Source: Minicystis rosea
Lineage (GTDB): Bacteria; Myxococcota_A; Polyangia; Polyangiales; Polyangiaceae
Assembly: GCA_001931535.1 (NCBI GenBank)
Contig: CP016211.1
Location: 9,438,377-9,470,376, forward strand
DNA length: 32,000 nt
Reading direction: 5' to 3'
The notes beneath the pieces were generated by a model. The model searched no databases and was not told the DNA's origin. It was given only the letters and a program-made list of their open reading frames with translations. Both the position numbers and the translations under genes were made by a program. Shown here piece by piece: positions 24,890 to 32,000 of this stretch; position 1 is the stretch's first letter; every line of letters begins with the position of its first letter.

Positions 24890-25749
24890 ATGTAGCCGCG
24901 CGCCGTGATCCCGGTCGTGAACAGACCGGCGTTCACCCGCTCGTTGCCGAGCCCGCCGCCGGGCGTGAGGAAGCGGCTCCACGTGAAGAAGGGCACGAGG
25001 TCGAGGATCGGTTTGTCGCGACCGATCGAGTAGCCCATGTAGATGCCGAGCGGGATGGAGGCGAACTCCTTCGGGCGCGTGAGATCGTCGATGACGATGC
25101 CGGTCTTCACGCCCAAGTAGAGCGGCGCGATCACGTTGAACGAGAGCGCCAGCGGCAAGTTGATGCCGACGTAGGTCTGCGTCGGCGCGTTGGGCGTCGC
25201 GAGGTTCGACGCGGCGACGGTGATGGGCACGCCGAGCTCGGCGTCGAGGCGCACGCCCCGCCCGAAGTGGAAGAGGAGCGGGATGCTCCCCTCGATGATC
25301 GCGCCGGCGCCGGGCTCCGTGATGATCGACGTGCGGATGCGCACGCCGACCTCGATGTCGCGATGACGCACGAAGCGGTACGTGCCGAAGAACTGGAGGT
25401 TGCCCTGCGCGCCGGCCGCGAGGCCGTACGCGACGCGCGGCGCGAACTGCACGGGCAGGAAGAGCGCGCCGACCTCCAAGTCGCGCGTGATGCCGAACGA
25501 AGCGCCGATGTTGATGCCCGTCGGCACGGTGGAGTAGGTGCCGAGCGCGTAGCGCGTCGCCATGAAATCGAGCTCGGGCGCGACGACCATGCGCGGGAGC
25601 GTCAGCGGGCGCTGCGCGTACGGCATCGGATAATCCGCGCCGTCGTCATCGTGTTGAGGACGGCCTCGGCGCTGGGCCTCCGCGGTGCTCGCCGAGAGCG
25701 CGATCACGGCCCCCAGGGTGAAGCTCGATAGCAAAGTCGAAAGACGCAC
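24880..25749 (-). CDS. Secreted beta-rich protein, possibly an outer-membrane beta-barrel (289 aa), unknown family
   Basis: GTG at 25749 is preceded by GAGGAGGAGAG. The signal peptide is RLSTLLSSFTLGAVIALSASTAEAQ. Alternating-hydrophobicity strands run throughout. Confidence 0.7.
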   Translation of the reverse strand: MRLSTLLSSFTLGAVIALSASTAEAQRRGRPQHDDDGADYPMPYAQRPLTLPRMVVAPELDFMATRYALGTYSTVPTGINIGASFGITRDLEVGALFLPVQFAPRVAYGLAAGAQGNLQFFGTYRFVRHRDIEVGVRIRTSIITEPGAGAIIEGSIPLLFHFGRGVRLDAELGVPITVAASNLATPNAPTQTYVGINLPLALSFNVIAPLYLGVKTGIVIDDLTRPKEFASIPLGIYMGYSIGRDKPILDLVPFFTWSRFLTPGGGLGNERVNAGLFTTGITARGYIYL

Positions 25750-25804
25750 GTTCTCTCCTCCTCATCCCCTTTTACGCCGGAGTCGTGGAATCCTGCCCCT
25801 CCAC

Positions 25805-26206
25805 ATGCGCGTCGAGCACATTTTGGTCGCGCTCCGTCGGCGCTGTCCGCTCCTCGTCGCGGCGCCGGCCATCGTGATCGCCGGCCTCGGCGCGCGCGCG
25901 ATGCTCGGCGGCCTCGCGGCCAAGCTCGCGGGCGACGCGCTCTACACGGTGCTCGTCTACATACTCGTCCTGATGGTCCGGCCCGAGACGTCGATCCGCC
26001 GCGCCTTCGCCGTCGCGGTGGGCGTGAGCTTCGCCGTCGAATTCGCGCAGCTCACGCCCTACCCGGCCATCCTCGCGAAGAAGCACGTCCTCTTTCGGTT
26101 GGTCCTCGGGACGACCTTCGGGCTCGTGGATCTCGCGGGCTACGTGATCGGGGGCCTCGGCGCGGCGGGATTGCACGCGTTCGCTCGACGGCCTCGCAAC
26201 GCTTGA
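25805..26206 (+). CDS. DUF2809-like small integral membrane protein (133 aa)
   Basis: ATG at 25805. There are four hydrophobic helices. The pattern LAGDALYTVLVYILVLMV ... FAVEFAQL is the one I associate with DUF2809. Confidence 0.7.
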   Translation: MRVEHILVALRRRCPLLVAAPAIVIAGLGARAMLGGLAAKLAGDALYTVLVYILVLMVRPETSIRRAFAVAVGVSFAVEFAQLTPYPAILAKKHVLFRLVLGTTFGLVDLAGYVIGGLGAAGLHAFARRPRNA

Positions 26207-26231
26207 CAGCTTCCGCGGGGTCCGCCATAAC
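26203..26231 (+). promoter_or_regulatory. Candidate sigma-70 promoter for rpmI-rplT
   Basis: TTGACA (26203-26208), a 17-nt spacer, then CATAAC (26226-26231). This would give a leader of about 105 nt before rpmI. Confidence 0.45.
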
Positions 26232-26341
26232 GCCCGCCCCCCGCATCCCTCGTGGCTGGGAACGGTTCTCCGATGGTCGGAGGGCGGCCGCCGGGAGCGG
26301 AGGCGATCTCCCCGATGAGGGTGATCAGGAGCGATGGCGTC

Positions 26342-26539
26342 ATGCCCAAGATGAAGACCAACCGGGCCGCCGCGAAGCGGTTCAAGGTCACCGGCTCCGG
26401 CCGCATCCGGCGCAGCAAGGCCGGCCTCAACCACATGATGCAGGAGAAGAGCAAGAAGCGGCTCCGTCGCCTGCGCAAGAACGACATGGTCGAGCGGGCG
26501 TTCGAGAAGCGCATCAAGCTCCTCCTTCCCTACGGCTGA
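26342..26539 (+). CDS. rpmI: 50S ribosomal protein L35
   Basis: MPKMKTNRAAAKRFKVTGSGRIRRSKAGLNHMM..KSKKRLR is the canonical L35 sequence. The start is ATG 26342, not the upstream track start. Confidence 0.96.
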   Translation: MPKMKTNRAAAKRFKVTGSGRIRRSKAGLNHMMQEKSKKRLRRLRKNDMVERAFEKRIKLLLPYG

Positions 26540-26554
26540 TCGAGGAGGACTCCG

Positions 26555-26905
26555 ATGCCCCGCGTAAAACGTGGTTTTAAGGCCCGCCGCCGTCGCAACC
26601 GTATCCTCAACCAGGCCGAGGGCTTCTTCGGCGGGCGGAAGAACCGCTTCCGTCAAGCCGTCGAGGTCGTCCGCCACTCTTGGGAGTACGGCTACATCAG
26701 CCGGAAGCTCAAGAAGCGGGACTTCCGCCGCCTGTGGATCGCGCGCATCAACGCCGCGGCCCGCATCAACGGCACGTCGTACTCGCGCCTCGTGAGCGGC
26801 CTGAAGAAGGCGAGCGTCGTCCTCGATCGCAAGATCCTGAGCCAGCTCGCCATCGTGGACGCGGCGTCGTTCGCGGCCGTGGCCAAGCTCGCGACCGCGA
26901 AGTAG
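26555..26905 (+). CDS. rplT: 50S ribosomal protein L20
   Basis: MPRVKRGFKARRRRNRILNQAEGFFGGRKNRFR...RDFRRLWIARINAAAR is the canonical L20 sequence. The SD is GAGGAGGA. Confidence 0.97.
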   Translation: MPRVKRGFKARRRRNRILNQAEGFFGGRKNRFRQAVEVVRHSWEYGYISRKLKKRDFRRLWIARINAAARINGTSYSRLVSGLKKASVVLDRKILSQLAIVDAASFAAVAKLATAK

Positions 26906-26936
26906 TCGCAAGAGCCTCGAGGCTCTGTCCGAAGGA

Positions 26937-26973
26937 GCGCGCTCGCATCTCGATGCGGGCGCGCTTTTTTATT
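26937..26973 (+). terminator. Strong rho-independent terminator between rplT and pheS
   Basis: GCGCGCUCGCAU-CUCG-AUGCGGGCGCGC (12 bp including one G-U pair) followed by UUUUUUAUU. A smaller hairpin, AGAGCC-TCGA-GGCTCT, sits at 26911-26926. Confidence 0.8.
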
Positions 26974-27019
26974 GCGTCACGAAGGGCCGGCGGCCCAACT
27001 TCCCGTCGAGGATCCACTG

Positions 27020-28099
27020 ATGAACGCCCCCTCCGATCCGGTCAAGGCCATCGACGAGGGCCTCGCGCGCCTCGGGCAGAGCTTCCGCACCGCCTTCGCG
27101 CAGGCCCCGAACGAGCAGGTGCTCCGCGCGGAGTACGCCAAGGTGCTCGGCAAGAAGGGTGATCTCACGGCCGTGCTCGCGCTGATGCGCAACGTGCCCG
27201 CCGCGGATCGCGCCAGCGTCGGCGCCAAGGTCAACGCCTTCAGGGACGAGGTCGAGTCGGCCTTCGAGACGCGCCTCCGCGCCATCAACCGCGCCGCGCG
27301 CGAGGCCGAGCTCCGGGCCCGCCCCTTCGATCTCACGCTCCCCGGCCGCCTCGAAGTGGGCCGCGGCCACGCGCACCCGATCCCGGCCACCAAGGACGAG
27401 CTGCTCGGCATCTTCCGCGATCTCGGCTTCGTCATCGCCTCGGGCCCCGAGGTCGAGCTGGAGGAGAACAACTTCACCAAGCTCGCCTTCCCGCCCGATC
27501 ACCCGGCGACCGACATGCAGGACAGCTTCTGGATCCAGACCTCGGATCCGGACGCGCGCGTCCTGCTCCGCACGCACACGAGCAACGTGCAGGTCCGCGA
27601 GATGTCGCGGCACAAGCCGCCGATGGCGGTCGTCAGCGCGGGCGCCGTCTACCGGCGCGACGACGACATGACGCACTCGCCGATGTTCCACCAGATCGAG
27701 GGCTTCCTCGTCGACGAGAAGGTGAGCATCGCCGAGCTCAAGGGCGTGCTCACGGCCTTCGCGGAGCGCCTCTACGGCGCGGGCACGGTGGTGCGCTTCC
27801 GGCCGAGCTACTTCCCCTTCGTCGAGCCGGGCATGGAGCTCGACGTCGGCTGCGTCTTCTGCCGCAAGCCCGACGGCTCGCGCCCCGGCTGCCGCACCTG
27901 CAAGTTCACCGGCTGGGTCGAGGTCCTCGGCTGCGGCATGATCCACCCCGAGGTCTTCAAGCACTGCGGGATCGATCCGGAGAAGTACACCGGCTTCGCC
28001 TTCGGCATGGGCATCGATCGCGTCGCGATGCTCAAGTACGGCGTCCCGAACATCAAGGTGATGTTCGAGAACGATCCGCGCTTCCTCGAGCAATTCTGA
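27020..28099 (+). CDS. pheS: Phenylalanine--tRNA ligase alpha subunit
   Basis: ATG at 27020. Class II motifs are FRPSYFPFVEPGMELDV and GFAFGMGIDRVAMLKYG, plus HPATDMQDSFW and LRTHTS. Confidence 0.95.
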   Translation: MNAPSDPVKAIDEGLARLGQSFRTAFAQAPNEQVLRAEYAKVLGKKGDLTAVLALMRNVPAADRASVGAKVNAFRDEVESAFETRLRAINRAAREAELRARPFDLTLPGRLEVGRGHAHPIPATKDELLGIFRDLGFVIASGPEVELEENNFTKLAFPPDHPATDMQDSFWIQTSDPDARVLLRTHTSNVQVREMSRHKPPMAVVSAGAVYRRDDDMTHSPMFHQIEGFLVDEKVSIAELKGVLTAFAERLYGAGTVVRFRPSYFPFVEPGMELDVGCVFCRKPDGSRPGCRTCKFTGWVEVLGCGMIHPEVFKHCGIDPEKYTGFAFGMGIDRVAMLKYGVPNIKVMFENDPRFLEQF

Positions 28100-28101
28100 T
28101 C

Positions 28102-28129
28102 GCGATCCGAGGGCGCGCCCTCGGATCGC
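28102..28129. terminator. Perfect 28-nt palindrome 3 nt after the pheS stop (hairpin terminator candidate without a U-tract)
   Basis: GCGATCCGAGGGCG|CGCCCTCGGATCGC is exactly self-complementary. Confidence 0.45.
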
Positions 28130-28747
28130 ACGCTCGGCGTCCCCATCCGAGCGCTTCACCGACGCGCACCGACGCGAGATCCGAAACACATCACGGCACC
28201 GATCCCACGCGGAGCGCCCTCTCCGGCGCTGGCGGCGACGGAAGATCGCGATCCTGTGCAGCTCCGGCCGCTCACACCGCCGTCGGCCGGCAGAGGACGC
28301 GAGGATCGGCGACGTACGACGACGTCGGCGCCGCGCGGAGACCTCGGCGTCGGGCTTACGCCGGTGCAGGCCTCGAATCGTCGCCTTCCCCGCGCGCTTT
28401 CATCGTCGTGCGTCGCCCGGGGAGACCTCGCTCGGCCGCTGACGACGGCGACGGCGCGCGATCCCGTGCTCCCCCGCGCGCCAACGACGACGTGAGCCAC
28501 CGAGCCACGCATGCTCGGGAGACCGACGGCGAGGTCGGCGCCGAAACCCGGCGTCGTTCAGCAGCTCACGCCGATGGAAGCGGTCGATCCCACGCTCGCG
28601 ATCCGGCGAGCGAAGGCGCGCTCTGGATCACGCGATTTCAGGCCCGCGACAACGTTCAGGAAAGTCATTCTGCATCCGAAATGCCCCGTGGCGGGCTGGA
28701 ACGGAGATGTGGCCGGGGCGTCGGCACCTCGTGTACAAGCCTTCTCC

Positions 28748-29233
28748 ATGATTCGTTCTACTTACGCTCTCGTGCTGCTCGTTTGCGGCGGTCTCGCGCT
28801 CACCGCCTGCGGAAAGAAGGACAAGGACGACGGCGCCGGCTCCACCAGCACCGCGGCGGCGACCGCGAGCGCGACGGCCAGCGCGGCGGCGACGGCAGCG
28901 GCGACGACGACGGCCAGCGCCGCGCCGGCCGACACCGCGTCGGCTGCGCCCTCCGGCGATCCCTCGGCCGCGCCCGCCGCCGACACGGCGGCCCCTGCAG
29001 CGGTGAACAACACGGCGCCGCAGCGTCCCATCGACGACTGCTGCGCGGCCCTCTCGGCGCGCTCGCACACCTCCGGTCGCGGCAAGGCGGCGAAGAACAA
29101 GGCCCACAAGGCCGCCGAGGTCTGCCCGGGGATCGCGGCGCTCGTGCGCCAGGGTCGCGCCACGCGCGCGCAGGCGCTCACGCAGATCCGCTCGGCGCTC
29201 GTCGGCAGCGACGTGCCCGCGGCTTGCCACTGA
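28748..29233 (+). CDS. Lipoprotein (161 aa) with an Ala/Thr/Ser-rich linker and a small Cys-containing C-terminal domain
   Basis: ATG at 28748. MIRSTYALVLLVCGGLALTAC is a classical lipobox (LTAC). The low-complexity stretch AAATASATASAAATAAATTTASAAPAD is followed by CC...C...C. No obvious SD. Confidence 0.7.
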   Translation: MIRSTYALVLLVCGGLALTACGKKDKDDGAGSTSTAAATASATASAAATAAATTTASAAPADTASAAPSGDPSAAPAADTAAPAAVNNTAPQRPIDDCCAALSARSHTSGRGKAAKNKAHKAAEVCPGIAALVRQGRATRAQALTQIRSALVGSDVPAACH

Positions 29234-29299
29234 ATCGACGATCGGGCCTCGCAGACGGCGGGGCCGATCGCACAGCACAGCGAAAACGAGAGCCTCGAT

Positions 29300-29319
29300 A
29301 CGCCCGCGAAAGCGGGCGT
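29300..29319. terminator. Bidirectional hairpin between the convergent lipoprotein and thiL genes
   Basis: ACGCCCGC-GAAA-GCGGGCGT has perfect 8-bp arms. On the minus strand it is followed by AUCGAGGCUCUCGUUUUCG. Confidence 0.5.
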
Positions 29320-29335
29320 TCGCATTCGTGCCGCG

Positions 29336-30289
29336 CTAGCCGAAGTGATCGAAGCCGCGTCCATCCAACGCGGCCACGGTTCCATCCTCGCGCCGCAGCG
29401 ACACACCCGCTTCGCCGGCGCTCGCCGTCACGACCTCCCCGATCCGCACGAAGCCCTCGAGAGCGTCTCCCTCCGGAAGCGTGATCACGAGCGCGTAGTC
29501 CTCGCCGCCGTGCAACGCGAGGTCGAGCGCATCGCGCCCGAGATCGGCTGCTGCCTCTCGCAGCGCGGGCTCGACGATCGTTTGAGCTCCAACGATGATC
29601 CGCACGCCGCTCGCGGTCGCGACGTGCCCGAGGTCTTGCGCGAGGCCGTCCGACACGTCGATCGCCGCATGCGCGCGCGGCGCGGCCACGAGCCCCTGTA
29701 CGATACGCGCGCGCGGCCGTCGCCATGCTTCGATGGCCGTGATCGCGGCCGCCGATGACGACTCGCCGCCGCGCAGGAGCATGGCGAGCCCCGCCGCGGC
29801 GAGCCCGACGGGCCCCGCCATCCACACGGCATCGCCCGGCCGCGCGCCCGCGCGGGTGAGCGGACGCGACGCGGCGCCGAGCGCGGTCGTCGTGATCGAC
29901 AGCTCGCCGCCGCGCGCGAGGTTGCCGCCGATGACGGCCGTCCCGAGCGCCGAGGCAGCCTCGCGTTGGCCTTCGGCGAGCGCGACGAGATCTTCGTCCG
30001 AGAGCCACGGTGGGAGCACGAGCGCGGCGAGCAGGCCGAGCGGTGTCGCGCCCATCGCCGCCAGATCGCTGGCCGCCGCCATCGTCGCGCGGTACCCGAT
30101 GTCGGCGAGCGACAGCAGATCGCGCCGGAAGTGCACGCCCTCCACGGCGGCGTCCACCGTCCACACGAGCGCGTCGGGGCTCGGCGCGATCACCGCGGCA
30201 TCGTCGCCGATCCCGAGGAGCACCCGCTCGCTCGCCGGCGCGCCGAGCGCGGCGCGCAGGAGGGCGATCCTCGTCCACTCGGAGCTCAC
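29336..30289 (-). CDS. thiL: Thiamine-monophosphate kinase
   Basis: AIR-synthase-like fold motifs are present: GIGDDAAVI, ATMAAASDLAAMGA, AIDVSDGL and HGGEDYALV. The start is taken at GTG 30289, sharing one base with the kinase stop (TAGTG). The 656-aa track ORF is a chimera running into another frame of the kinase gene. Confidence 0.88.
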   Translation of the reverse strand: MSSEWTRIALLRAALGAPASERVLLGIGDDAAVIAPSPDALVWTVDAAVEGVHFRRDLLSLADIGYRATMAAASDLAAMGATPLGLLAALVLPPWLSDEDLVALAEGQREAASALGTAVIGGNLARGGELSITTTALGAASRPLTRAGARPGDAVWMAGPVGLAAAGLAMLLRGGESSSAAAITAIEAWRRPRARIVQGLVAAPRAHAAIDVSDGLAQDLGHVATASGVRIIVGAQTIVEPALREAAADLGRDALDLALHGGEDYALVITLPEGDALEGFVRIGEVVTASAGEAGVSLRREDGTVAALDGRGFDHFG

Positions 30290-31767
30290 TAGCCGAAGAT
30301 GGGGGGAAGCGAGTCGGGTGACGAGGGGGGCACGTTCGGCGTGCGCGGCGGCGGCGGCGTCACCGACGGACGCGAAGCAGGCAAGCTCACCACGAAGACC
30401 GCGCCGTGCGGCGTGTTCGCCTCCACCCAGATCGATCCTTGATGCGCGTCGACGAGGCGCTTCACGATGGCGAGGCCGAGGCCCGCGCCGCCATACTCGC
30501 GCGTCGACGATTGATCGATTTGGTAGAACGGGTCGAAGACCTTCTCCCGCTCTTCTTCGGCGATGCCCACGCCCGTGTCCGACACGCGGATCTCGACCAT
30601 CGGGCGGAGCGGCGCGACCAGCACGAGGCCGGGCTCGTTGTGGGCGCGATCGACGGTGAGGCGCGCCGAGAGAACCACGTGCCCCTGCGGCGGCGTGAAC
30701 TTCACCGCGTTGTCGGTGAGGTTGATGAACACCTGCCGCAGCCGATCGGCGTCGCCCAGCACCGCGGGGACGTCGGGCACGTCGAGCGAGATGGCCACCC
30801 CCTTCTTCGTCGCCGTGGGCATGAGCGTGCTCACCGCTTCTTCGAGCACGGCGCCGATGGAGAGGCGCGCCATGCGCACGGGCATGGTCCCATGCTCGAG
30901 CTTGCTCATGTCGAGCAGGCTCATGATCAAGCCGAGGAGCTGCTCGCTCTTGTTGCGGATGGTCTCGACGAACTCGCGCTGCTCGTCGTTGAGCGCGCCG
31001 GCCACGCCCTCGGCCAGCATCTCGCCGTAGCCCATGATCGACGTGAGCGGCGTGCGCAGCTCGTGCGAGACGGTGGCGAGGAAGTTCGACTTCAAACGAT
31101 CGAGCTCTTTGAGCCGCTCGTAAGCCTCCTCCAGCCGGTCGTTCTTCTCGGTCAGCTCGCGGTAGCTCTCGCGCACGGAGGCGAGGTGCATCTGCGAGGT
31201 GAGCAGCGCCTTGTGCCCGCTGAAGAGCATGACCTCGAGCACCGTCGCCAAGTGGGCGCCGATCTCGACGACGCGCTCCGCCTCGAGCCGGCACACCGAA
31301 GACCACGCCACGCGCAGGCGCTCGGCCTCGACGCCCGGGAACGCGCTCGCGAGCGCGGCGGGCGGCTCGACGTCGGTGGGTATCGCATACGGGCCGAGGA
31401 CGATGCGCCCGACGAGGTAGCGATCGTACTCGACGGGGACGACGCGGTAGAGCTCGCCGGTGCGCGCGACGAGCGTGCCGACGAGGACGCCGCCGCTGCC
31501 CGCGAGCGGCTCTTCGGCGGCGGCGCGCACGACCGAGGCGGCCGGCTCGTCTTCGAGGATCGCCGTGAGCGGGCTCGGCTGGATCGGCCCCGCGATCACG
31601 GCGCCGCTGCCCCCGAGCACGCGCATGGGCACGCCGAAGATGCGCGCGGACGACTCGATCATCTCCCGCAGCGCGTTCCGATCGATCAGCTCTTCGAGGC
31701 GCAGCGGGCCGTCCACGCCTGCGATCTCGAGCCGCTCGCGGTGCTCCGAGACGGCAGCCTCTTTCAT
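30289..31767 (-). CDS. Cytoplasmic sensor histidine kinase (492 aa) with a PocR-like N-terminal sensory domain
   Basis: H-box SHELRTPL, N-box NLTDNAVKF, G1 DTGVGI and G2 GGAGLGLAI. No TM helices. The N-terminal ~170 aa (ALREMIESSARIFGVPMRVL...YRVVPVEYDRYLVGRIVLGPY) fit my memory of the PocR pattern, but without its cysteines. The ATG overlaps the upstream stop (ATGA). Confidence 0.9.
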   Translation of the reverse strand: MKEAAVSEHRERLEIAGVDGPLRLEELIDRNALREMIESSARIFGVPMRVLGGSGAVIAGPIQPSPLTAILEDEPAASVVRAAAEEPLAGSGGVLVGTLVARTGELYRVVPVEYDRYLVGRIVLGPYAIPTDVEPPAALASAFPGVEAERLRVAWSSVCRLEAERVVEIGAHLATVLEVMLFSGHKALLTSQMHLASVRESYRELTEKNDRLEEAYERLKELDRLKSNFLATVSHELRTPLTSIMGYGEMLAEGVAGALNDEQREFVETIRNKSEQLLGLIMSLLDMSKLEHGTMPVRMARLSIGAVLEEAVSTLMPTATKKGVAISLDVPDVPAVLGDADRLRQVFINLTDNAVKFTPPQGHVVLSARLTVDRAHNEPGLVLVAPLRPMVEIRVSDTGVGIAEEEREKVFDPFYQIDQSSTREYGGAGLGLAIVKRLVDAHQGSIWVEANTPHGAVFVVSLPASRPSVTPPPPRTPNVPPSSPDSLPPIFG

Positions 31768-32000
31768 TTCACCCGCCCCGGCCGGAAGCCACCGACCCGT
31801 CGGGAGAGCAGATCCTTGATCGGCGTGTCCACGCCGAGCTGGCGCGCCGCGTTGCCGAGCAACGAGTCTCCATCGATGGAGAGCTTCTGCGAAAGGTTGT
31901 GCGTGCGATCCAGCGTCTGCCAGGTGAGGTGGAGCAGGCCGATCAACGTCTCGACGACGCCCTTGCCCCGCGTGGCCACGGCCAGATAGACCGGCTCTTC
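31764..32000 (-). CDS. 3' end (78 codons) of an unidentified gene continuing beyond the window; first member of the kinase-thiL chain
   Basis: The frame is open to base 32000 (EEPVYLAVATRGKGVVETLIGLLHLTWQTL...). GC3 is high, and the stop overlaps the kinase ATG. I recognise no family from this fragment. Confidence 0.5.
   Translation of the reverse strand, partial: EEPVYLAVATRGKGVVETLIGLLHLTWQTLDRTHNLSQKLSIDGDSLLGNAARQLGVDTPIKDLLSRRVGGFRPGRVK

Noticed and set aside
26232-26341. L20-leader-type autoregulatory RNA upstream of rpmI
   Set aside because: The known L20 leader structures are described for Firmicutes and gamma-proteobacteria. I could not recognise either fold by eye in this ~105-nt GC-rich leader. 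It needs a covariance-model search.
28156-28747. ORFs in the pheS-lipoprotein gap (28156..28512 minus, 28256..28495 plus, 28408..29484 plus, and the N-terminal part of 28511..29233)
   Set aside because: All are Arg/Ser/Gly-rich with no motifs or plausible RBS. The only convincing start in the area is ATG 28748, which opens a textbook lipoprotein signal peptide.

Overview
This is a high-GC (about 70%) chromosomal window. Third codon positions are almost saturated with G/C, so every real gene is shadowed by long spurious ORFs in other frames. Gene content points to a myxobacterium (Myxococcota): an unmistakable mglB-mglA gliding/polarity GTPase operon, a eukaryotic-like Ser/Thr kinase, an RpoH-like sigma factor, and many lipoprotein or beta-barrel genes. 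In order, I can support:
- hemB (3' part), a small lipoprotein, and a small acidic repeat ORF.
- A minus-strand three-gene operon: an orphan-KOW protein followed by two ABC half-transporters with complementary degenerate ATP-site motifs.
- A double zinc-ribbon protein with an RGG-like middle, a Ser/Thr kinase, and rlmI plus a HAD phosphatase.
- An OM beta-barrel protein, lnt, an HU-like protein, and tal-ybeY.
- An RpoH-like sigma factor, a roughly 600-nt degenerate tandem-repeat tract, and RNase P RNA (rnpB, minus strand).
- mglBA, a divergent 1273-aa TPR/DUF3857/transglutaminase-like exported protein with a coupled small membrane ORF, and a beta-rich secreted protein.
- A DUF2809 membrane protein, rpmI-rplT, pheS (no pheT follows), a lipoprotein, and a minus-strand chain of a partial gene, a PocR-like histidine kinase and thiL.

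I see no transposase, integrase, phage, toxin-antitoxin, CRISPR-cas or recognisable defence genes, and no tRNA or rRNA. The window reads as core chromosome, not an accessory island. I cannot claim a new system here. The items most worth a second look are:
- The structured tandem-repeat tract between the sigma gene and rnpB.
- The KOW-protein/asymmetric ABC exporter operon.
- The strongly SD-preceded acidic repeat mini-ORF, which has its own upstream repeats.
- The unusually long non-coding gaps at 6565-7171 and 28130-28747.

All family assignments are motif recognition by eye. No searches were run.
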